Assembly (NCBI RefSeq): GCF_006345805.1
Contig: NC_043014.1
Span: 42,780,001-42,844,000, forward strand
Source: Octopus sinensis
Lineage: Eukaryota
Length of the DNA: 64,000 nt
Direction of reading: 5' to 3'
Shown: positions 50,761-64,000 of the stretch, piece by piece
How positions within the stretch are numbered: the first letter of the stretch is position 1
How the letters are laid out: each line of letters opens with the position of its first letter
Position numbers and translations under genes: made by a program
Notes under the pieces: model-generated
Database searches by the model: none
What the model saw: the letters and a program-made list of their open reading frames with translations, nothing else
What the model was told of the DNA's origin: nothing

Positions 50761-51599
50761 ATACAAGAAAATTACAGAAGAGCTGCATGGTAGTAGCGTC
50801 AGACATGGCATGCAGACCATTGTACAACTTGTTTAACATCATGTTTTGATCCCTCTCTTTCATTTTGTTGACATGCATATTGTGTTTTTATTCTTTCCTT
50901 CCATTTTACAAATTCAGTGTACAGGCGCAGGAGTGGTTGTGTGGTAAGTAGCTTGCTTACCAACCACGTGGTTCCGGGTTCAGTTCCACTGCGTGGCATC
51001 TTGGGCAAGTGTCTTCTACTATAGTCACGGGCCGACCAAAGCCTTGTGAGTGGATTTGGTAGACGGAAACTGAAAGAAGCCCGTTGTATATATGTATATA
51101 TATGCGTGTGTGTGTTTGTCCCCCTAGTATTGCTTGACAACCGATGCTGGTGTCTTTATGTCCCCGTTACTTAGCGATTCGGCAAAAGAGACCGATAGAA
51201 TAAGTACTGGGCTTACAAATGAATAAGTCCCGGGGTCGAGTTGCTCGATTAAAGGTGGTACTCCAGCATGGCCGCAGTCAAATGACTGAAACAAGTAAAA
51301 GAGTAAAGAGAGAGTATATGCACACTGCATGTTCATACATCTCTTTCTGGTTTGTACTCAGAACAGTTTACAGATCGCAACCATCTCACAAACTTGCATT
51401 CTCAGAATGAGTATTCCTCGAAATTTCCGAGGACTTCCTGGAAAGGTTTGAGGATGAGAGACATCCTGGAAAGTTCCGAGGATGAGACATTTTGAAATAC
51501 TTGCAATTTGTATTTTTACTGCTTATGTTAGCTCTGCTTGTTACATTTCCAAAATTAAACATTTTAATATGCGAAATATACTTCACATTATTACATATA

Positions 51600-52111
51600 C
51601 TATGCATTAATGCAAAAACTATTGTGTTTATTGGTTATCTTCAAAATGATCACACCATGAATGGAAAATTTCAATGCCAACTTCCTAAGGTAGTTATGAA
51701 AGGCTATCAAGACCAAACACCCAGAAAAACTGATGAATGGGATCTTGTTTCATTAGGACAACGCTTCAGCACACAAGTCCTTGGTTTCAATGGCTGCTGT
51801 GTATGACTGGCTTTGAACTGGTTGATCATCCTCCCTATGTTAGTGATTTGGTTCCTTCTGGTTATCATCTGTTTCCCAACATAGAAAAACACTCAGCTGA
51901 GCACCAGTATCACTATGATGAGAACATCGTATCTGTTGTTGATGACCATTTTGATCAACAGAAAAGCTTCTTCACCAGTGCGACACAAGCACTGCAACTA
52001 CTTATGGAAGTGTGTGGACAGTAAGAGGAACTATCTTAGAAAATGAACTTCATCTGGTCACACTCCATTGAGAGTATCTTGCTCAGATTATGAACATTTC
52101 AGCCGACCCTC
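51600..52111 (+). mobile_element. Mariner transposase pseudogene fragment (C-terminal half) plus right TIR
   Basis: GFELVDHPPYVSDLVPSGYHLFPNIEKH matches the mariner HPPYSPDLAPSDYHLF motif. The upstream frame matches the 'YLQKGHTINGEYY..' region. Ends 'ttcagccgaccctcata'. Confidence 0.9.
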
Positions 52112-52756
52112 ATAATAATAATAAAAATTATTATTATACCAGCATTTGTTTTAATGTTAACATTGGAAAAATCCACATTTTTCATAAAAAAATTAGGACC
52201 TGGGTTTGCACTCCCTTAGCAAATTTTGTTGCTGGGCCACTGCTATGGATGTGTGTCTTTGTATCTGTTTGTCCCACCCTTGCTGTTTGCCCCCCCCCCC
52301 TTGTGTCTTGACAACTGGTGTGTTTAAGTCCCTGTGACTGAGTGGTTCAGCAGAAAAAGTAAGTGCTAGGCTTGAAATATAAGTCCTAGGTTCGATTAGT
52401 TTACTCTTTTACTCTTTTACTTGTTTCAGTCATTTGACTGTGGCCATGCTGGAGCACCGCTTTTAGTTGAGCAAATCAACCCAGTTTTGCCGAACTGCTA
52501 AGTTACGGGGACGTAAACACACCAGCATCGGTTGTCAAGCAATGTTAGGGGGACAAGCACAGACACTCAAACACACACACATGTATATATACATATATAC
52601 GACAGGCTTCTTTCAGTGTCCGTCTACCAAATCCACTCACAAGGCTTCGGTCGGCCTGAGGCTATAGTAGAAGACACTTGCCTGAGGTGCCATGCAGTGG
52701 AACTGAACTCAGAACCATGTGGTTTGTAAGCAAGCTACTTACCACACAGCCACGAC

Positions 52757-53940
52757 GAAAATCCCGTCAAGGTGTTGCTCCAGCATGGCTGCAGTTAAAT
52801 CACAGAAATGAGTAGAAGAGTTCAGGAGCAAATACGATGATGTTATTACTTCGATGTCCTCTTTCTACCTAATATATACGGCATTATTTGACAGCGGAAT
52901 AACTTAAAGAATTATTCATTCCTTTCTATGAAATTGTCTGAAAAATTTTTAAAATGCGAAAAACACTAAAAAAAAGAAAGAAAGGCAGAAAGAAAAGAAA
53001 GGTTGTTATTAGCAGAAGTAATTAAAGAACAAGAAGGAATTGGTGTTAGTATTTCACAAGGATCCTCTTGACAACCGATGCTGGTGTGTTTACGTCCCCG
53101 TCACTTAGCGGTTCGGCAAAAGAGACCAATAGAATAAGTACTGGGCTTACAAAGAATAAGTCCCGGGGTCGATTTGCTCGACTAAAGGTGGTGCTCCAGC
53201 ATGGCCACAGTCAAATGACTGAAACAAGTAAAAGAGTGAAAGAGTAAAAAGAGCACCATCTTCAAATATATATTGAAAATCCCGTCAAGGTGTTGCTCCA
53301 GCATGGCTGCAGTTGAATCAAAGAAACAAGTAGAAGAGTTCAGGAGCAAATATGATGATATTTCTATCTCGATGTCCCCTTTCTACCTAATATATACGGC
53401 GTTATTTGACAGCGGAATAACTTAAAGAATTATTCATTTCCTTCTACGAAATTGTCTGAAAAATTTTTAAAATGCCAAAAACAAAAAAAAAAGTAAGAAA
53501 GGCAGAAAGAAAAGAAAGGTTGTTATTAGCAGAAGTAATTAAAGAACAAGAAGGAATTGGTGTTAGTATTTCACAAGGATCTTCATTGCACCATCTTCAG
53601 AAATATATTGAAAGAATTATATTGAAAATCTCATCAAGGTGTTGCTCCAGCATGGCTCCAGCTGAATCACAGAAACGAGTAGAAGAGTTCAGGAGCAAAT
53701 ACGATGATGTTATTACTTCGATGTCCCCTTTCTACCTAATATATACGGCATTATTTGACAGCGGAATAACTTAAAGAATTATTCATTTCCTTCTACGAAA
53801 TTGTCTGAAAAATTTTACAAATGCCAAAAACAATAAAAAAAGGAAGAAAGAAAGGTTGTTATTAGCAGAAGTAATTAAAGAAGAAGAAGGATTTGGTGTG
53901 AGTATTTCACAAGGATCTTCATTGCACCATCTTCAGATAT
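52757..53940. repeat. Tandem triplication of a ~350-bp unit; unit 1 interrupted by a family B SINE 3' half (53068-53252)
   Basis: 'gaaaatcccgtcaaggtgttgctccagcatggctgcag...ggatcttcattgcaccatcttca' occurs three times. Confidence 0.9.
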
Positions 53941-54199
53941 ATATATCGTAAGAAGAGATGGATGCTGTGGAAAACGAAGCAAGAGAAATGGGTGCTTGTT
54001 TCACTTTGTTTTGCTTTGATTTTTATTTATTTTTTTTTGCGTTGTTTTTGTTTTTGTTTTTTGCGTACTTATAATAGTTGAAGATGATGTTGTTACAATT
54101 GTTGCTGTTTACCATGTATTTTGTGTTGTTGAGATTATATTTGAAACAATGTTAACATTGTTATGAAATTGTTGAGGACCGAAGCAAATAACATATGGC

Positions 54200-54223
54200 A
54201 GTATATATACACCAGTATATACG

Positions 54224-54255
<32 letters not shown>

Positions 54256-54431
54256 CTATATACATACATACATACATCCATACATACATACATTATATAT
54301 ATTATATATATATTATATATATATACGTATATATATACATGTGTGTGTGAGTGTATATGTATATATATGATATGTATATATATATATATATATAATATAT
54401 ATATATTATATAATATATATATAAATATATG

Positions 54432-54476
<45 letters not shown>

Positions 54477-54579
54477 GTATATATGCATGTACACATACAC
54501 AACACGCGTACGTACATGTTTACACACACATGTATATATTGTTAGATAAAATTAAGAAACAGCCACATATGTAAATGTG

Positions 54580-54616
<37 letters not shown>

Positions 54617-56446
54617 TCGTACATACGCACACACATGCATCCACACACATTTACATGTATACATACATATGTACACATGTCTGTATATATATATATATAT
54701 ATACATATATATATGTCCATACTTATATACATACATACACACACATCTAAGTAGATACACATATCTATTTAAATACATACATACACACACATACATATAT
54801 ATATATATACATATATACACACACACATATATATATATATACATACATACATACAAACACATACACACACTCACACACAAGTGCACACACATGCAACAAG
54901 TTCAATATATAAATGTTTAATGTTGATACTTTTTGTATTCCAGCAATGGAAGCTTTGTTTCATTATTAGCAACCGACTCTCTCAAAACAGAAATAATTTA
55001 AATAATTAAAAACGAAATATAACTTGCATACACATATTATACAGCCATGAATACACACACACATACATACATACATACATACATACATACATACATACAT
55101 ACATAGGTACATACATACATACATACATACATACATAAGTACATACATACATACATACGTACATACATACATACATACATACATACATACAGAGGTACAT
55201 ACATACATACATACATACATACATACATAAGTACATACATACATACATACGTACATACATACATACATACATACATACAGAGGTACATACATACGTACAT
55301 ACATACATACATATGTACATACATACATACATATGTACATCATACATACATACATACATACATACATACATACATAAGTACATACATACATACATACATA
55401 CATACATACATACATAAGTACATACATACATACATACGTACATACATACATACATACATACAGAGGTACATACATACGTACATACATACATACATACGTA
55501 CATACATACATACATACATATGTACATATTTAGGTACCTACCTACATGCAGATGTATGTACATATATATGTACAGACATTTTCTTAATACTATGTACGCA
55601 CAGATGTAATTACACACATCATACATATGTATAGATACAGTCATACATGCATGCTCTTGTAAATACATACACACATATGTCCATACATTCATCCATCTAT
55701 ACATACATATATACATACATTCATACATGTATACATACATACATGTATACATACATACATGTATACATACATACATACATACATACATGTTTATACGCAT
55801 GTGCCCGTACATATATATTTGTATACATCCATAAATGCATACATACATGTATACCCTAAACACTAAGCTACGTACCTCCACTCATGCATACACACACATA
55901 TACATACAAACGTACATACATATGTCCATACACACATACACATACATACATACATACATACATACATGCACACATACATACATATGTTTATACATACATA
56001 TGCATATACATGCATATATATGTAGGGCTATTAACATTGAGGACTATACTTTGGTAAATTTCTAATTAGAATAATTGTAATAATTATGAAGACATACTAT
56101 AACGAGTCTGTGTATGTGTAACAGCTTGTGTATATGCTTATGGATGGACAGAGAGGAGGATGGTCGGAAGGAGGGAAGGAACGATGGATGGATGGATGGA
56201 TGGATGGATGGGTGGGTAGGTGGGTGGGTAGGTGGGTGGGTGGTATACACAGATGAACATTCCGAGGGACATACAGCAGATGGGGAGGTAGGGAGAGGAG
56301 GAAAGAGGGGGAAAAGGGACGGCGGGGTGATAGCATGATTGTGATGATGGTTCTTGTAATACCTAATTGGATGTAGTTTATATTGTATGATTAGGTTTAA
56401 TTGCTGTAGCTAATTTCATCATGATAGATTAGAGATGGAGAAGTAA

Positions 56447-56521
<75 letters not shown>

Positions 56522-56626
56522 GGAGGAGTAAGAAAGTGAGAGAGAAAGTAAGAGGGAGAGCAAAAAAGGAAGAGAAAGGAAGAGAGGAAAAAGGAAGGAG
56601 AGAGTGAAAGAGAGAGAGGGGAGAAA

Positions 56627-56684
<58 letters not shown>

Positions 56685-57230
56685 TAGATAGATGCATACA
56701 ATCACGTATATATACATGCTGCTCCGTTAAGGTAGGGTCAGCAAAAACATGCTATCGCGCGAGATGAATATCATTTAAGGAGGGGTGAAAGAAAGAGAGA
56801 AAGGAAGTGCATGTGTATGTATGTATGTGTGTATGCGTGCATGTGTGTGAGTGAGAGAGAGAGAGAAAGAGAAAGGAAGAGTAAGAAAGTGAGAGAGATA
56901 GGAAGAGGGAGAGAAAAAAGGAAGAGAGGAAAAAGGAAGGGTAAAGGAGAGAGTAAAAGAGAGAGAGGGAGAAAGAAAGAGAGAGGGAGAAAGGGAGAGA
57001 GAAGGGAAGGAAGAGTAAGAAAGTGAGAGAGCAAGGAAGAGGGAGAGAGAAAAAGGAAGAGAGGAGATAGGAAGGGTAAAGGAGAGAGTAAAAGAGTGAG
57101 AGAGAGGGGAGAAAGGAAGAGAAATAAAGAGAAGGAAGGGTGAAAGAGAGGAGAAAAGAAGTGTATGTGTGTGTATGTGTTTGTGCATGTGTGTGTGTGT
57201 GAGTGTGAGAGAGAGAGAAAGAGGCAAAGA
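54200..57230. repeat. TA/CATA/GGAT/GA microsatellite and purine-minisatellite field
   Basis: Direct inspection. (CATA)n with periodic interruptions at 55060-55520, and repeated GA-rich units at 56440-57230. Confidence 0.9.
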
Positions 57231-59893
57231 AAGGAGGTTTGAGTTCCCCCAGAGTGTGGGATACATCCAACTATTTTGTTTTATGTCAATGTTAAGGGAG
57301 TATGAGTAGGAAAGAAGAAGAGTAGAGATTAAGAGTTTGCTTAACACAGCGACGTTAGACATTAAAAAATACTGGTTGTTGTTGGGGTCGCCCTGTTACA
57401 GAATGTAGAAGATGTAGGTTGCCACAACAGACAAAGGATGGAAAATTTGAGATGATGGTTGTCAAGTTGGTTTCAGGCTGCATCTGATGAATCCACAACA
57501 CCCATGAACAATCAACAGAATTTTATTTTACCCTACAAATAATTTTCATGTCAGTCTTAGTCTTGAATTAAAAACTGTAGCAACAAAGTTTACGTGCTGC
57601 AAAATTTATTATGTAACTCTTACAAAAAATTGATTAAAAAGGCTCTGTAATTAAGCTGCCAAAACAGGAGAAAACATACACTCTGAGTTCATGTCAGTGA
57701 TCAGTTGCTGCATGTTTTGGTTGAGGGGGAGTTTTGATAATGACTGTTAAAAGTAGCAAAATAAGCATGTGGTTAGCTCAGCTGCAGGCGGCCACACACT
57801 GAAGTCTGGTGCTTAAAGTGTGCCTGTCTATATGCCTTGTTCGGAGAATATTCTGGAAGCTTCTAGAATGATGCAGCGCATGATATCTGGCTGCAGATTG
57901 GGCTATAACTTGGCCGATCACATGAAAAAGCTGTTACTAAACTGTGATTTTAACTTGGCACTCAGTTGATTCATTTCCAACTCTTGTTACAGCTCAGTCT
58001 TAGACTAGCCATGACTAGGCAGACCTATGATCAAAGATGCTCCAACCATGACAATCTTGTCTTCATTTAGACATCAGTGTATAGGGAACTGGGTGACAAA
58101 TCAACAGAACCATTAGAGCTTCAGACACAATACCTTGTGGGATTTGCTCCATCCTTTGCACCCTGGAAAATCCCACAGAGGTCTCAACTTTGCCTTTTAT
58201 CCTTTTGGGATTGATGATAAAATGTACCAATCTAAGGCAAATAGAGCATTGAATGAAGTGTTTTGCAGTATAGTATTTGTTCTAACTCCCTATACTCTAA
58301 GTTCGAATCTCACTGGGGTCAACCTTGGCTTATTCTTTCCTCCTTCTGGGGTCAGTAGAATAAAATACTAGTTTAGGACAGTGGATTAATGGAGCTGTTA
58401 AAGTGTTAGACAAAAATGCTCAGAGTTCAAAATGTCCTGAGATCAAATGCAGAATTATACATTTTTGCCGATTGAGCAAACTGGAGCAACAAGAAAAGAA
58501 GTGCTTAGCTCAAAAACACAATGCATCATCCTTTCCAGGAATTGAAACCACAAGGTTACACTCATGAGTCCAACACCTCTAACCACTAAGCTACGTACCT
58601 CCACTCAAGCTTCTAAAAAATATTGTCAATCTGTATACAGCTGGTACTATATATAAGACACTCTATATAATATTGTAAAATTGGCACCATTTATTTGTCT
58701 TCATATACAGTACCATTAAATAAACACCATGAATTGCCTATTCTATGATATATTTCTGTAAAATCAGTACCATATATTAAGCCATTCTATGCAATACTGT
58801 AGAATTGGTGCTATATTTTGGCATTCCTGTATAACACTATAAAATAGATGTAATTATATTTAATGAAATTTTTCAAAGTTAATTTCTACATTAGATAATT
58901 AGTTAACAGTAACAAAATGTAATTAAACAGTTGTAATTTTATAAACAGCCCTTGCTTTGTGGAGTGAAAGAGAGATTGAGTTCTTGGAAAGAAGGGTTTG
59001 TTTTTATGGTGTTTGTTGTTAAGTAAAAGCAAATTAACTTTTCTCCGATGAAGTGGAACTGGTCGACGCATTTGTCTCAGTTTCTATTTCATCTCTTTGG
59101 CACACTGGCATCGATATTCCTGCTCTGTTTCCATTGCCAATCTAATTCATGCTGATTAATTATTAATCTCTGCCAAATGTAGCGAACCTTCTTAATGTTA
59201 CAAGTTTCTTTCACATGCATCAGTAATGCCCTCCAGGCATGAATGCCACAACTTCCATTTCTCATACACCACCTCCACTTAAAAATCTCAGGCTCCATGC
59301 CAATGTGAAGAAGGCAAAAAGAAACAATCTCAGCAACAATATAACAGAATAACAGTGTAAAAGAATATCAATATAACAGAATTACAGTATATCTCTCCTC
59401 ATTCATGAAGGAAGGGGTTGGTTCCAAAAACAAAAAAGTGATAAATGAATCAGTGATAAATAAATCACTTCCACACAATTTGCGCATGGAACAAATAGTA
59501 AATTGTTCGATACCAAATTTGTGGTCCACAGCAGTAAAGCATCAAGATTTTTATATTTTTTTGATAGGTACAGGTGTGGCTGTGTGGTAAGTTTGCTTCC
59601 CAATCTCAAGGCTCCAGGTTCAGTCCCACTGTGTGGCACCTTGGGCAAGTGTCTTCTACTATGGCTTTGAGCTGACCAGTCTTGTGAATGGATTTGGTGG
59701 ACATAAACCTAAAGAAACCTATTGTTTATATTTATCTATCTGTCAGTCAGTCTGTCTGTCTATCTCTCTGGCTGTCTGTTTATCTTTCTGTCTGTATGTC
59801 TATCTATTTGTCTATCTGTCAGTCCATCAGTCTATCCATGTGTCTATCTATATATCTGTCTGTCTCTATGTCCACCTGTCTGTCCATCCATCC

Positions 59894-59937
<44 letters not shown>

Positions 59938-59976
59938 TATATATGTATGTATTATATATATATATATATCTATATA

Positions 59977-60027
<51 letters not shown>

Positions 60028-60147
60028 TATATATGTATGTATGTATATATATATAATATATATATATACTTTGATACTTTGATACTTTGATAGGTTTCGG
60101 CCATTATTGGCCCAGGCCATGTCTAACTTAATAGCACCACCTGGTGC

Positions 60148-60190
<43 letters not shown>

Positions 60191-60639
60191 GTGCAATGCA
60201 CCTCATCTAGTGGTACTCATTTCAACAGCTAAGCAATGTGAAATAAAGTGTTTTGCTCAAGAACACAACAGATCGACTGGTCCGGGGATTGAAACCACAA
60301 TCTTACAGTTGTGAGTCCAGCACTCTTACCACTAAGCCACTAAGCCTGCACCTCTACACACAGAAATCCATATAAAACATATGCAGCCTTGCAACACAGT
60401 CATGCAAACATGAGTAACAGCCAGAGTGCATTCTGTGCAATTGAGCACCAGAGGTGGTCCCTGGAGCCTGTTTGTGTGGTACAACTAACTCAATCTGTAA
60501 TAACCCTAAAAAGGTTCACAATTGAGCATTCTGTATTATCCCAGATTAATGTTGTTTGAATGAATCAGAGATAAACGAGGCATGATGTATAACAAAATAA
60601 GAGTTTAATATAATTCTGAGCTGAGATGTAGCACGGAGC

Positions 60640-60690
60640 TTTGTCAGTGAACAGGTCGCGGTCTCAAAGCGACGAAAATATTTTGACAAA
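60640..60690 (+). ncRNA. Minimal type I hammerhead-like ribozyme with G3:C8 core variant
   Basis: Stem I: tttgtca with tgacaaa (7 bp). Core GTGAACA plus one extra G. Stem II: gtcgc with gcgac. GAAA. Palindromic stem III AATATT. Cleavage triplet UUU. Confidence 0.6.
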
Positions 60691-61105
60691 TTAAATTTAA
60701 ATGTTGAAGTGAATCTAACAGTTTTTGCGTGTTTCTTAAATGGCTTATAAACACCTTCCATGCTGCGATTGTTTTCGTTCCAGCACACGATCTCAGACCA
60801 GGTCACTTGCTATGCAAGTACATCGCCGTAGTTTAATATAGTAACAGTGTTATGAAATTTTTACGGTGTTATAGAATTGTCTACAGAAAAAGAAGGCAAT
60901 GTGTATTTGTTTAGAATATTCTGGAATCTTGTCTGTTAGTGTAGCATTTCTATGGAAAAATAAGTTGGAAATATTTGCTTTCTATGTTTAGAATATTATG
61001 CAAAGTTATACTGAAACAAAAACAAAAACAACAAAAAAATGGAAGAAAAATTAGCTTTGGTAAGAGATTTTCATGATACTGTCATAGCGTGAGTAATGAT
61101 GACAA

Positions 61106-61179
<74 letters not shown>

Positions 61180-61797
61180 GCATATACAGGCTGGTTGAGT
61201 AGTTACAGGAAGAAAAAAATGTATGGTCACAGAATACATAGATGTGTCTTAATTATAGACAGATATGGAAATCTAGTGAGACAAACACACACAAACACAC
61301 ACACACACACACACACACACAGCCAGACAGACAGACACACAGACAGACAGACACACAGACAGACAGACACACACACGAATGCATACATTCACTCACACAT
61401 GCATCTACACACAAACAAATACACATAAAAACACACATACATACACAGACATGCATTAAAAAACTCAATACACACACTCACACACACACATACACATATG
61501 TATGTAGACACACTCAGAAACACATACATGTGCAATATACATACGTACTTATAATGCCAATGAAAGAAAAAAATACCCACAATTTGAATTTGAATTTTGT
61601 AAGAAAAAGTATATATAAAAAAAAAAAAATTTACCATGCAGGCAAAACAAAAAAAACAACAAAAAAAAAAACTGCCCAAAACCAGAACAAATCATAACAA
61701 AACATGGAAACTCATTTCATATTAAAACAATGATATAAACAAACAATCAGGTTGTTGAAAACTTTTAGAAGAACTGTCCAAAAAAAATTTTTTTTTA

Positions 61798-63790
<1,993 letters not shown>

Positions 63791-64000
63791 ATCATCATCA
63801 TCATCATCATACCTATTAAACAGGCATCAGAACCAGCTGAGCAGCATTGTAGGCCCTGGGGAAAATCAATGCACTGAGCCCTACAGCATAAATAAGACAG
63901 AATTGGACCCCTAAATACATGTACCCCACTCCCCTTTCGCTGCATAACCATCCAGAGTACCCATTACTTTAAAGCAGCCCTGATAGGTACCGTATATTTC

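Noticed and set aside
58940-59300. Protein-like open segments on both strands (e.g. LALWSEREIEFLERR; VEVVYEKWKLWHSCLEG), and similarly ~46380-46461(-)
   Set aside because: Several incompatible frames and strands look equally plausible, so I cannot choose without expression data.

Overview
This is repeat-dense, AT-rich eukaryotic DNA. The SINE, LINE and microsatellite spectrum suggests an octopus (cephalopod) genome, which is an inference. I found no intact transposase or reverse transcriptase ORF, no CRISPR array, no rRNA and no genuine tRNA gene. Most ORFs in the track are microsatellite read-throughs. The window contains: (i) several tRNA-derived SINE families, one forming head-to-tail multimers in which only the first unit keeps the A-box; (ii) 3' remnants of CR1/L2-type and RTE-type LINEs, one of which gave rise to a 15 x 60-bp in-frame minisatellite; (iii) mariner, hAT, Helitron and other MITE-like elements; (iv) AT-rich non-coding, probably Penelope-like (PLE) elements sitting in (TA)n tracts and often folded back on themselves; (v) a few low-confidence candidate exons of unidentified host genes. 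The main result is a set of type I hammerhead ribozymes (HHRs). A complete HHR with a palindromic stem III and a long stem II lies near the outer end of each arm of a 3.07-kb fold-back (7814-10882). A second, unrelated HHR at 60640-60690 has a reciprocal G3:C8 core swap. All calls were made by eye and none was checked against a database.
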